Positions 48,701 to 60,063 of a stretch of DNA of 64,000 bases are shown in pieces. The DNA is from Amoebophrya sp. A120 (Eukaryota > Protista > Dinoflagellata), in the NCBI GenBank assembly GCA_905178155.1, contig CAJINV010000005.1, forward strand, positions 1,862,054 to 1,926,053, given 5' to 3'. The notes under the pieces were generated by a model that saw only the letters and a list, made by a program, of their open reading frames with translations, did not search any database and was not told where the DNA came from. The translations under genes were made by a program, and so were the position numbers. The stretch's first letter is position 1. Each line of letters starts with the position of its first letter.

Positions 48701-50100
48701 TACAAATATTTTTCTTAAGGTAAATCAGCATGACAAATTTTATTTTTAATGCTGAGAAAATTTGTAATGCATTTATACGAGTACGATACTTTTGCAGTTC
48801 ATATCGTTTCCACTTTCTCCAGGTCAAACCAGTCCCGCTGCGCCACACACTTCCCGTCCGCGCAGCCGCAGGCGGGGAAACTGGAGGAGGTCACGTTTCC
48901 GGTGACTGGGTCGACGAACTTCTCGGGGAATAACACAATGGAAAACAGACTGGCGGAAAAACTGTGGCACGACGTCCGGTCCGGGAGGTACTCTAATGCG
49001 TACATGTCGATCATCAGATTCGCGATGTTGTTCCCCACGATCCTCCTCAACCGGTTCACTTCGTTCCTGGATGCCCACTTGCAGAGTTTCATCGTCGGAT
49101 GATCTTGGTTTTGTTCACACGCTCCTTCCGTTTTCTGTTCCACGCAAAATTCTGCCGACTCACGCTTCAGCGGAAAGCAGGTATGCTGATCAGCTGGAGT
49201 AGGCGGAGGCACTGGCAGAGCTAGAGCAGCTTGTGCTTTACTACTTCCTTGTTCACCCCCTACCGCTTTTGGTGCAGAGCCGGAATTCAGATACGTGAGC
49301 ACTTTCAACGTCAGTAGGTTTTTCGTGTGCTGATCCAAATACTCCGATACGACCGAGAAATCCCGTAGACTCGAGGTGCTGTGCGGTAGATACCCGGCGT
49401 CCCCCTTCTGCGCAAAGATGTTCTTGAGAGTCGTACTATTTTCAAGAAGTTCGTCCCGTTTGCTCTGCCCGAGCAACGAGAACCAGTTCCCGGGAAAAAC
49501 CGTCTGCTCCCGCCAGAGCGACGCGAGAGGGACCTTGTCCTGCGAAAACGGGAGAAGTGGTGCTGATGGAGCAGAAGTAGAACCGATACGACCACTTGTT
49601 GTTCCGTTTGTTTTCCCCCCTTCTAACTGCACATCAGGAGTGACGTCTTTGTCCCACCCAAACTGCAATTTCTCCCCGTGCATGGCTACCGTCACGATTG
49701 CAGATAATTTCGCCGTCAGCGCCAATTCCTCGAAAAGCGAGCCGGTGGAGTCCTCACCCTCGTCGACATTCGGAGTCAAACTGGTTCCGGGGAGCATTGT
49801 TTTGTACCCGTGTTGTTCCCAGAGATTTCTCTGTTCCTCTAAGACTTCCTTCAACACCTCGCTTTCCTGCTGTTCAAAGAAACCCTTCTGGTGCTCGTAG
49901 ATCACGTAGGAAAGCGGCTCCTCCCCCTGCGGAAGGGCGAACACCCAATACGCGACGTAGATCCCGACGCCGAGGATCGTGGCGATCCCGAGCCCGAAAA
50001 TGACCCAGCAGATCACCTGCTGGGCCCTCAGAGGCGTGTGCCGCACCTGACAGCACATGGCTACACTTAAAGTTGTGGTGGTCTTCGATGCACCAGCCCT
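39759..50100 (-). CDS. Very large multi-pass membrane protein with an MLO-like 7TM core and long low-complexity loops
   Basis: ORFs 48799-50115, 47850-48431, 47133-47651, 43995-46475, 41932-43881 and 39759-41744 are separated only by introners. MLO-like segments: LILLEHFIDFIER...RLILELVLVALVS, RFEFWRYLRNCL...LLHFPLWLYVVLF, and YVVPRILVSLALIFASG. The family call is by eye. Confidence 0.6.
41782..42050. mobile_element. Introner family A
   Basis: Family A TIRs; DR TCCGC. Confidence 0.9.
43870..44025. mobile_element. Introner family B with left terminus overwritten by exon-like sequence
   Basis: GCAAAAGTATCGTA / TACGATACTTTTGCAATTCATA; apparent 13-bp DR GCGAACATCCTGT. Confidence 0.85.
46574..46885. 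mobile_element. Introner family C
   Basis: CGAAATTGACAAAATCGAAA TIR; DR TCGGA/TCGAA. Confidence 0.88.
46941..47206. mobile_element. Introner family A
   Basis: Family A TIRs; DR TTGTC. Confidence 0.92.
47728..47989. mobile_element. Introner family A (close inverted relative of 882-1147)
   Basis: Family A TIRs; DR AAACC; its interior is the reverse complement of the 882-1147 copy with few changes. Confidence 0.92.
48655..48803. mobile_element. Introner family B
   Basis: TGCAAAAGTATCG / CGATACTTTTGCA; DR TCGTT. Confidence 0.88.
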
Positions 50101-51028
50101 GTCTAGGGAAAACAAGAATAGTGTGCTATCAGAAGAAATTTAGTAAAGATACTTACGTTTGCGACTGGAAGGCTAAGGTAATAAATTGAGAATAGGCTGC
50201 TACCGCTGGTAGCGCATCAAGCAAGGTGTATTCAAAAAATCACATCTCTTTCTTTTATTTCTTTGGCGGAAAATAGTCTTGCGGAGAGCGAGAGAGAGAG
50301 GGTAAGTTGGTAAAATAATGAGGTCCTAGGAAGGAAGAAGCAATGAAAGTGGGAAGTGAACTTGCAGTCGCGGCGACATCACAACCAAGAAGGACATGCT
50401 GCACGACTACGACCTGTCAAGCCAGGCAGTCGGCAAAACCGAGTAGGCGGCTTTGTTTCTATTTTTGTGACCGAGAAAAAACCAAGATGAGGATCTGAAA
50501 AACCGAAGCGACAAGAAAATGAAAAGTGCGGCACCGAGGATGGAGATGGACCGGAAATAACGGCAAGAGAAATTAATAAGTACTTAATTCTGGCGGTAGC
50601 ACCGAGATGATGCGCACTGGACTACACAGTGGCCTGGCAAGCGCAAGTAGCACCGGAAATCCTTACTAGTATCTGTCAACATGATGATCCTCAAGTACAA
50701 GCTGTACAAGCGGCGCGCACCGATATGAATTCCAGTTCATCACAGCATCGAGTTTTTAACCGATGACAGTAAAAAAAAATGCTTTTCATAAAGAACTACT
50801 GGGCGGTACAGAAGTGGTAAGTATTTTCCATGCGATTCGAAATCGGCAGTTTCGTCTCGATGTTGATCTGCAAACGGTCCAGGCTGAGGCTCCTGAGAGT
50901 CAGTTTCACTGTCCATCCTCATGCACCAGTTCTCGTCGCGTTTGTCAAGATGTATATGTACTAGATTTCATGACGTGTGCAGCTACACGCTGACTTTCAA
51001 CTAGTTTTCCTGATCAACCAGTCCGTCT

Positions 51029-53498
51029 TCACATCTTAAACCCCGTCTCGACCGCCCCGGGCGGGTTCGCTTTAGGCACGCAGAAGTCCCACGAATAGTG
51101 CTTCTGCCAACTCCCCACGGAGCTCGGACTCTGCCGCACCACACACACCGGCCACTGGTAGTCGGAGCTGCCATTCTGACCGGCTTCTTGACTTGCAATT
51201 ACCGGCACCGGCTGGCAAATCGCTGGCGCGTCCGTGCCGAACTGCCGGAGCTGCTCGTCTTTCTGTAGCCGGTCTTTGTCGAATCGGGATAGCAGCAATT
51301 GCACACTGTATTGGTCCCGTTTCGGGACTCGCCTCAAGTCCAGCAGTTTCGATCCGGGTTGTTTTAAGTACTTGTTGGGGTGATTCAGGTACTTGTTTTG
51401 CACGAGATCCCTGTACGCCTGCTTGAGTTCCGATTCATCCAAGCAGGTGCCAGGGCGGTGAACTGAGGGAACGCTGTCCCGGGCGGAAGAGTCGGAGCCG
51501 AGAGATCCCGTGGTAGCGGTCGCGGCCAGCTGCTGCCTCCGTATCGTCGGAACGCAGTAGTCCCAGTATCGATCCGTGCTAACGCTCCCGTTCTCGAAGT
51601 AGAGTTTGTGATCGGAGAAACTGGGATCAACGGAAAACTTCCTCTTCATACTCTCGTCCGCTTCCACCGCACACCAATCGAAGGCCGTGCCCTGGTGCTG
51701 CGGCCCGCAGGGGGTGAGGCACTGCTTCCCGAGCACCGACATTTCGATGGGGTGGTCCGCGCCCGATTTCCCGCCTCCGCCCTCCGACACCGTCATCTGC
51801 GCGGTCAGGTTTGCCGGATCTCGCAGCTTGATCTCCCCCGACTCCCGGATCGCGTCAAACGCAAGGCGGTGGATGAGTTTCGTCAGTTGTCTATCCTGTG
51901 TAAAATAAACGTCTCGTCCACCCCATTCTTGTAATGCGAGAATCTGCATCCCGAAAATATTTCTCATACGGAGCCCGTCCATGAGAAGCATTTACTGGTC
52001 GCGTTTCGGAATTTGGCATGCTCCAATCAGCATGATTATCTAGGAAGGTCTGTGATGCTACTGAACTACCTAAACAGTACGAAATTACGAGGCCGAAATC
52101 GTCATGCGCAATAGCCAAAGCTTGTTGATTTGTCTAGCTGACTTCCCATCTTAACTATGGGGTGGAGACGTTTTTACATAGGATAGTGCCGCGCTTTGGT
52201 GATTTCCTCCCCGAGCAGAACCTGCAGTTTCCCGCTGTTGTAGATGATTTTCTCAAACTGCTGACGTATTGCAAGGAAAAATCCCCCAGTTCCCATACCG
52301 AAAACGAAACCTGTCATGCTGTATTTGAATACACGAGTCGACTTGTATTGCTAGAAGGCCAAGAGCCGCAGTCGTGGCCTCGTTTGCAGGCACTTCGTCA
52401 TGCTGTTTCCCACTTCCAGCTGCCTCCTGTCATGCTGAAGATGCAAGGCTTTCCCACGCCAACCAGCACTACAGTCCGCATCTTTTGCCTTCGAGCATGA
52501 CAAAGCTCATTCGTGGCCACAAATCTGCATCACAGATTTCCGTTTTGATATGGGGAGGGGGGATTTTTCTTCTTGATATGACGCGCTCTTCCCTTCCCGA
52601 TCATGGCATCCTCTTCCGCTTTCGTTTCCTTGTCCAAATCAAAGTCCTCCGGTGTATTGTTTCCCTTTTCCTTTTCGGATTCAGCCTTGTCGGAAAAGTC
52701 GGCCTGTTTTTTCAGAATGTTTTTCCGGACCTTGTTGTATTCGGCGTAAAGGTTTTCGATCGCGGATTTTATCGGTTGGAAATGAGGCTCCAACTTCTTC
52801 TCGAAGATGTCCCGGCCCTGGGAAAAAATTTTGTATGGATTGCAAATATGTCTGGGTCTGGAAGAAGACAAACTTGTGATGCGCATTTCAGAATACAGAA
52901 AAATCTCTCATGCATAGGTAGCAAAAGCTGCTCACTTTCTGTCACCAAAATGGGGGATTTGTCATGCGGATTCGGCATTGCGGAAGCTTCTCGAAACCTG
53001 TGATGCTAGCGCTTCCATGCCAGACCTTCTGCGTCATGCAAAAACAGCATGACTCTTCCAGACCCAGACATTTTTGCATTTGATATTTTGCGGATTTCTT
53101 CCATTTTCGCGTCGAAATCGACGAGATTTGTCTCCTGTTTGCTCGTATCAATTGCACATATGTCTGGGTCTGGAAGAGAGCAAGTCTGTCATGCGTGTCT
53201 GGCATGACTCGAGAATCTGTGTTGCATAGGCACGAAAAGGACCTCTTACCTGTCATGCACAAACGCAGTTTGCCATGCGGAATACGTAACACATGGACAT
53301 GGCAGCCAAAAAATTTGTCATGCATAGCTGCGTATTGCAATGCGTCTATCATTCACTTTTAGCACCATTGCAGGTTTCCAGACCCAGACACATTTGCAAT
53401 GCATAGCTCGCCCGGGCGAACAGCTCCGAGTTCGCGAGGATCTTCTGCCCCGCTTGAAGTTGGGACGCAAGGTCCAGGAGCTTCTCGGATTTGGCCAT
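51029..53498 (-). CDS. Hypothetical protein: helical N-terminus plus two Cys-rich modules ending W-D-Y/F-C (kringle/FN2-like)
   Basis: Start MAKSEKLLDLASQ; five exons separated by four introners; CLTPC...DWCAV...YWDYC and CQPV...VCVV...SWDFC. Confidence 0.65.
51892..52185. mobile_element. Introner family H
   Basis: TATCCTGTGTAAAA..CCACCCCA / TGGGGTGGAGACGTTTTTACATAGGATA; DR TTGTC/GTGCC. Confidence 0.82.
52267..52578. mobile_element. Introner family G
   Basis: GGAAAAATCCCC..CCCATA TIR; DR TGACG. Confidence 0.88.
52834..53085. mobile_element. Introner family A
   Basis: Family A TIRs; DR TTTTG. Confidence 0.92.
53146..53405. mobile_element. Introner family A (inverted relative of 13593-13843)
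   Basis: Family A TIRs; DR GCTCG. Confidence 0.92.
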
Positions 53499-54055
53499 TT
53501 TTTTGTCGTTGAAGAGAGGTAGGCGAAGTAGATTTGCGTTACTCTAAACATTACTCAAAAGGGCTTACTGCCTTTTATTCTCCACTTCATCTTGCTCTTG
53601 GATCCATCGTTGTCACGTTGCAGTTACTGTTACGGTTCTTTTTTCTTTTTGTGCTGCGACATCTTGGATAGGACCGATTCATGATCCCGCTTGCTACCTG
53701 CTCGCCATGATAGGGATATTAGGGCAAAACGATTTTTTTGCACGGTCCAAACGCGATAATAACGATTCCGAAAAAGATGCGATAGAAGTAGTGACGACTT
53801 TGAAGCAAGCGAACGATATCCATCGAATTCGAAGTAGTCGAAAAGCACAAAAGAGGCGAAAATAAATGCCAGGGTTTGCACAGTCCGCGAGAGTTCTTCA
53901 GCTGCCGACTGGCACTTAGATTTTCGTCATTATTATCTTTTTATTTAAGTACAAGAAACATGGTGACATTAACGTGTGCGTAAGAAACTCGGATCTCATC
54001 TTTGTTCAAAACACGCTTAAAAACTTTTTTAGTTTTCTACCCTAGAGGTATGTTG

Positions 54056-55403
54056 TTACACACGTTCATGTATAACCATATCTTCGTCTGGTGGAGCCAC
54101 CACTCCTGCGCGGTAGGCATCATCTCTCGACGAAATATTAGAAAGATCGGTATCAAGACGTGACTGCTTGACCTCCTCTCCGAACTTGTTGTAGAACAGG
54201 CTGTACAGGTAGCCGTGTGTGTTTTTGAGACCTTGGACTCCCTTACGAAACGCCCCCTCATCCACAATGAGGCACCGGCTCTTCCGGGCCATGCAGTGAC
54301 TGTTCAACTCCTCCGGAAAACCGGGACCGACCCAAGTCGAAGTCCCCAAGCTCGTGCTGCCGATCATCCAAATGCACGACCCAGAGACAGTTGAAGTCCC
54401 GTCCGATGGTCCAGTGCTGGTTTTTTGACCGCCCCCGAGACAGTTGAACGTCACCGTTCTCTTTCCATTTCCGTCGCTTTGGGGACCTGGCGGTTCAAGT
54501 GAAACCTTCACCGTTTGTCCGCTAGTCCGCAGCTGCTCCTGCGCCCGCTCCTCGAGCGTCGGAGGCGACCCAAGGAGAGTACCGGCCGAAGAAACGTCAT
54601 CAAGACTTGTCGTGCCGGTCGTCGTCGTGCCCTCTGACGTGGTATCACTACCATGCTGCGTACCCTGTTGTCCGCGAGACAAACGACGTGGCCACCACCG
54701 CCGCCGCCCTGGTTATTTTTTTGTTCCGCAGACAAGATAGATCGCAGCTGTAGCTCTACAACAACAGGACGAATTATCTATTAATGAAAAATTTATTTGA
54801 AGGTAGTTGGGTAGATCAAAATAAAAGATAAATACGATGAAATGGCAGCGCGTACACACATACATTTATGCTTGTCATGCAGCTACAACTAGTACTAACT
54901 AAATCTAAATCGAGTGGGTGAAATAAAAACTATTCCGGGAACCTTGATTCGTCTTTCCCATCCTGCTGCGCATCCTGCTGCGAACTGGAGCTGGACCACG
55001 GCCACCTTGACACGTACGACACGCCGTGAACTGCACCCCCTTCAGGATCCGCCTCTGCATCCGGAGCAACCGATGCCGAGTCCGCACCCGCTTCGTCCGA
55101 TCCACTCCCCTCCGCGTTCAGCACCAGTGTTTGGGAACCAGATTTCCGCCGATTCCCAATCGTGTCTCCGTAAGCGAACGCGCTTTTCGCCAGTCCGAGG
55201 TATTTTACCGCTCCCGCGGCCAGGGCGACGATCACGACCCCCCGAGGAACTACAGAAATGCGTCGATTATATGTCACCAGCAGCTGGCCGCAACTCGTAC
55301 CACGACCTCGCGGCCTCCTCGCGAAGATGAACCTCGTGCGGCTGTTTCCTGCCACCTTCATCGCGGTGGTGGTGGTATCTTTGGCTTTGCTGCGCGTCGT
55401 CAT
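54056..55403 (-). CDS. Hypothetical membrane-anchored/secreted protein (two exons)
   Basis: GC-rich ORFs 54930-55403 (hydrophobic VVIVALAAGAV) and 54056-54735, separated by an AT-rich intron-like gap. Confidence 0.55.
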
Positions 55404-56656
55404 GATTTGAATCGCGAGTCAATGAGTGCGTCGCAGTCGGGGTCTCTTCCTGTTCACCCACGATAATTTTCTGTGAGGTGATTCGAAATGCGACTAGCCC
55501 CAGTGTTGCACCTTCAAAAAAAGAATCCCCTGGCAAGTGTCGAAAATTTTGATTTGCGGGTTTTTTTGTTCGACGCGACTAATGACTTCATATTCCACCG
55601 ACGAAGAGCAATACTTACACAATTCCCTTCGTTCAACTTCTTCTTCAAATCCACGACACCCGAACCGACATTTCCAAGCGAAGGTGATTGGTTCTCCCGC
55701 CCAACCAAATTATCGCTATTGACGACGACGACCCATAGAATCTGGTGAAAGTGAGAATGATAGAGAGCAGGCAGAATATGTGTTCAGCGAAATAACGGGC
55801 ACAGTGAACTTTGACCACAGGGTAGTCTGCTTACGGAAACTGTAGCAAGCAGAGCCCGTGCCCGAATAAAGCATATACGAAGACAATAACGATGCGAAAA
55901 AATCTCGACGATGAATTTTTCCGATTATGCTGCGTGGATCCGAAAGTTGGTCAACGATTGAAGCTGTGGTCGAACAAGAAGAATTCGTGAGGAAGTAAAC
56001 GATTGGTGCCGATGAACAGAGCATCTAGTCTACTTACACGAGAGGCGAAAACATTGAACACCAGACATTGCAACGCCCGGCGGGATTCTCCAAGTCCCGA
56101 CTAAGCTTGCTACCATCGTCCATTGCATATATTTATTCTAATTCTTGTTCCAAGTACAAGGTATATGGTAAAGAGGCGTGTGCGTCGGAAGCTCGGATTT
56201 TGGTCTCAACCTTGAGTGTACAGCTCCATGGTAGAAAAAACGGGTTCAAAAGTGCATAATTTTGTGATTGTTCTTGCGATTCTTGCGTGTCAGAATGTTA
56301 AACTCAAAAGTGTAGTTGAAGGCATCGTCGTGAAATGGTCTTGCGATATGCCATTCAAACCGCCTCAAGTTCCCGTTCATTGTGACTACATTTGAAAAAT
56401 CGAAATCCGGATCGATGTCATCTTGCATCATGATCTTTGCAGCAGTTTTCTTCTAAAATCATACAGGGTAGCTTGGTTGTAGTTTCTGTTGATGAAATAA
56501 GCGATGAAAGTGGATTAGTGTTTGTTATAAACTTCTTCTTCTAGTCAGGAGGGTAGAAGCTGCGACCACGCACGGTCGCTTCCTGTTGTGTTTCTTTGTG
56601 GTCAACACGAAAAAAAACTACAATTATGAACGACCGCACAGGAGTTTTTCTAACTA

Positions 56657-58425
56657 TCACTTCTTCGGGTACCGCACCGTTTCCGCGCTGAGCGCCTCCT
56701 TTTTGATTTGCCTCACGCTGCGTAACAGGTCCACATCGGAGATATCAAATGTAAAAGTGTCTGGGTCTGGAAGAATGCATGTTTGCCATGCTTGTCTGGC
56801 ATGACTCTTTAATCTGTCATGCACGTTAGCGTTGCCCGAAAGCCCTATATTTCTGTGATGCAGAAATGCAGTTTGTCATGCAGAACAGGCATAGGCAACA
56901 CCTAGAAGCTCAGAAACTTGTCATGCTGAGCCAGCATTTGTGGCCTCATCCTGAGACGCCACCCAGCATTACAAGTTTCCAGACCCAGACATTTTTACAC
57001 TTGATAGGAGACGGACCTTGACATTTCGCTCGCCGGCCGGTTTTTCACCCGTTTTCCGATATGCAAGCGTCAGGATTGAAATCGTCAAAGTTGAAAAAGT
57101 TTGTGATGCATGAAATGCAACCCACAAAGTGCCTGTCTTGCAGAGTAGGCAAGGGAGGCAGATAGTAAGCCTGTTGAGGAGTAAAAATAGAGCTGCTAAA
57201 GTAGCATGACAAAAGGCGTCCTCCTTACCCAAACAGCATGACAAACTGGGTTTAGGCACCGCCAAAATTTGTCATGCGCCGCTTGGAAACTGAGTTCCGC
57301 CTGGCATCCATTTTATGCATGACAAATCATTTCAACTTTGTCGATTTCAATCCTGACACTTCCATATCCGAATCGCCAGTCGTAGCCTTCGTAGAGCTGG
57401 GCGGACGGGTTTTTGCAGCACATGGCGAATTCTCAAATGTAAAAATGTCTGGGTCTGGAAACTTGTGATGCTGGGTGGCGTCTCATGATGAGGCCACAAT
57501 TGCTGGCTCAGCATGACAAGTTTCTGAGCTTCTAGGTGGTGCCTATTCTGCATGACAAACTGCGTTTCTGCATCACAGAAAAATGGAGCTCTTGGGTAAC
57601 GTGCATGACAGATTTAAGAGTCATGCCAGACAAGCATGACAAACATGCATTCTTCCAGACCCAGACATTTTTGCATTTGATACGAATTGCGACGAGTTAT
57701 TGTTCATGGGGTTCATCTGCCCGATGCTGTTTTTCATATACAAATTCACCGTTCATTTTTCTTTTCTTATATTATACTTACTTCATCAACACCGAAACCT
57801 GAAAAGTGGTAGAAAACAGAAAATGCTTGATGCAGCCTGTGCACTATGACAAGTTCGAAGACCAAAATCGATGACGTACTATATGGACAAAAATACTATA
57901 CCGGAAATATCCGCAACTCGGGGCGAAGAATAGACTCCCGTCCGTGATCTCAAACAGCTGTCTTGAACTCGTTGACTCGCCTGCCTCCGATGCGGGTGCG
58001 TCCCGGAAGGATCTTGGTGTATCGTACCCGTTCTGTAGCGTGCCAGCACAGTTGTGGACGTTACCTGCGAGAGGTCGTTAGAAAATCTTCTAACGATTTG
58101 AAAGAATGAATTCGAGATAGATGAGTTACACAAAGAGTTGCATTTGATTCATCTTCATCGCTCCTGCACTTTGGGATGCATGTTGAAATTGGCAGTATAT
58201 AAGATTCGGTCCACCTAATACAAGTCAAAGGTTTCAAATACTTTTTGGCTTTGCCGGCACGACGTAGTGCGCGTTATAATCTGCACTTGCTGTCTCCTCG
58301 ATCATCGCTCGCTGCAAGGGTTCCCTGCACTTGGCGCCGCGGCCCTCCCGCGCGAGCTTGGCGTTCCATCTTGCTCGGCATTCGGTGTCGGTCACGTCCT
58401 GCCAGAAGCGGGCGGAATACCACAT
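56657..58425 (-). CDS. Small hypothetical protein hidden by three consecutive introners; upstream exons tentative
   Basis: After excision, 57716->56657 reads MNPMNNNSSQFAMCCKNPSAQLYEGYDWRFGKRVKNRPASEMSRSVSDVDLLRSVRQIKKEALSAETVRYPKK*. ORF 58234-58425 may be the first exon. Confidence 0.6.
56743..57006. mobile_element. Introner family A
   Basis: Family A TIRs; DR GGAGA. Confidence 0.92.
57060..57366. mobile_element. Introner family C
   Basis: GTCAGGATTGAAATCGTCAAAGTTGAAA TIR; DR TCCGA. Confidence 0.9.
57431..57682. mobile_element. Introner family A
   Basis: Family A TIRs (left end TCTCAA variant); DR CGAAT. Confidence 0.9.
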
Positions 58426-60063
58426 AGTGACAAGAAATCTTAATCTGATTTTATACGTGTTCTCAAACCAAAAAAAAAACGATGATGTTCACAAAACTGT
58501 ATAAGTCGTTTATTTTTTCACACCTTATTTTACACTTGGCACACACACGAGGACAGAGAAAGAAATTTAATTACTGTCGTCATGCAATCGCAAGCAGTAG
58601 ATACTTACAACTGTGTATTATTTTCACACGAAGAAAAAAGCAGCTTAATTAGGTGGAATATGAAGGGGTAGCCCGGGACAAATAAGGAACTGCAAGTCAT
58701 GATGGAATTCTATACTTACTCGATTCCTACGTCCTTGAGATGTGGTTCTTGTGCGCAGTACTCCAACGAAAACCAAACTTCGTTTGATATGTACGATTTG
58801 TTCTTTCGGCGATTGATATTGAGCGTACGTACAGCACGATTTTGGGTGTTCTTGGTTGTGCTTTCGCCCCGCCCAGATGAAATAACCGCACTCAAAGAAC
58901 AAGGTCCGATTTGAGGTCTTGCACTGCTGCAGAATTCACGATTTATTTGTATTCTGCCTCGTGGACAACTTGGACGAATGATAAAAAATGAAACCCATAA
59001 ACGAAATAAAAACCGATGAGGTATTAGCTTCAGTCCCGACGTCAGCATTAGAGAGATGTTTGTAGTGCAACGAAGTGCAAAAACGAAAAGTGGCCAATTC
59101 GCTGCAGAAACAGCAGTCGAACATCGATGACAATCATCTCGTCTCCTCTGGCACGACCGGACTACTTCAGCAGGCTTCTGTCTTGTTGCCCTGTGCTGGA
59201 TTCTTAAAGCTAGCAGTGCAAAAACTTCTGGAAAGTAGAGATTTGATGAGACTTCCTGCAATCTAAAATAAAAAGGGAATACAAAGTTTCTCGGGACAGT
59301 GATTTTTTTACATGTCGTGAACTCTGGAGGAGGAGGGGGAAGAAAGATTCTGCTGCAGCTGGCACGTTATCCCTGCTCCTAGTTCTAGAGATTCATTGTA
59401 AAAACAAACCCGAGACTGTAGCTGTACATGTAGTTTTAGTTCCCGTCAAAGCGAGCGTAGCTCCGCCAGTACTACTACTAGTACATGATCTATGAAAGTG
59501 CCCGCATACAGCATTTCTACTCTTCTCGGGGTGGTGGACTGCAATATTAATTGGACTTAATGGCGTCCTTGCTGTACTACTGGGATAATTAATATTTGCA
59601 GGGTAGGCATTTCTGAAAAAAGGAAAGTGCGCTTCTTGAAGAAAAAAAACGGTGTGCAGATCTTCGAATTAGGGTTTTTCTACGTGTTAGAAGAGGCAAG
59701 AGCATGCACATGAGTATGAAAAGTTTCTCGATGCCTATTGCAGCATGAAGTTCGTCTTCCGATTCACTTGGAGCACGAGAATTTTTTCCACATACAACAG
59801 CATACAGGCTAACAAAGTTCAGCATAATTTTTTGTACATGGTACATTTTTACAAACTAAATCGAAATCATACATAGATACAAACATCCGGTTGGAGAAGA
59901 AGCTTACGATTTCAATTTGACTATTTCGAAATGAAAGTACGATGAGGGTTTATCTAAATTTCCTCGAAGATATTTTTGTGTGCTCCTGACAACGATTCTT
60001 CTGAAGACCTGTGTTAAAGACCTCACTCCGTCTTCTTATCCAACACGCACTGAGCGGTAAACT

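Noticed and set aside
882-57682. Recurring ORF peptides such as KMSGSG, FQTQTFL, PDPDIF and CKNVWVW as a protein family
   Set aside because: They are translations of the family A terminal inverted repeat in different frames.
58645-59846. Short ORFs in the AT-richer gap
   Set aside because: They show no motifs or consistent exon structure.
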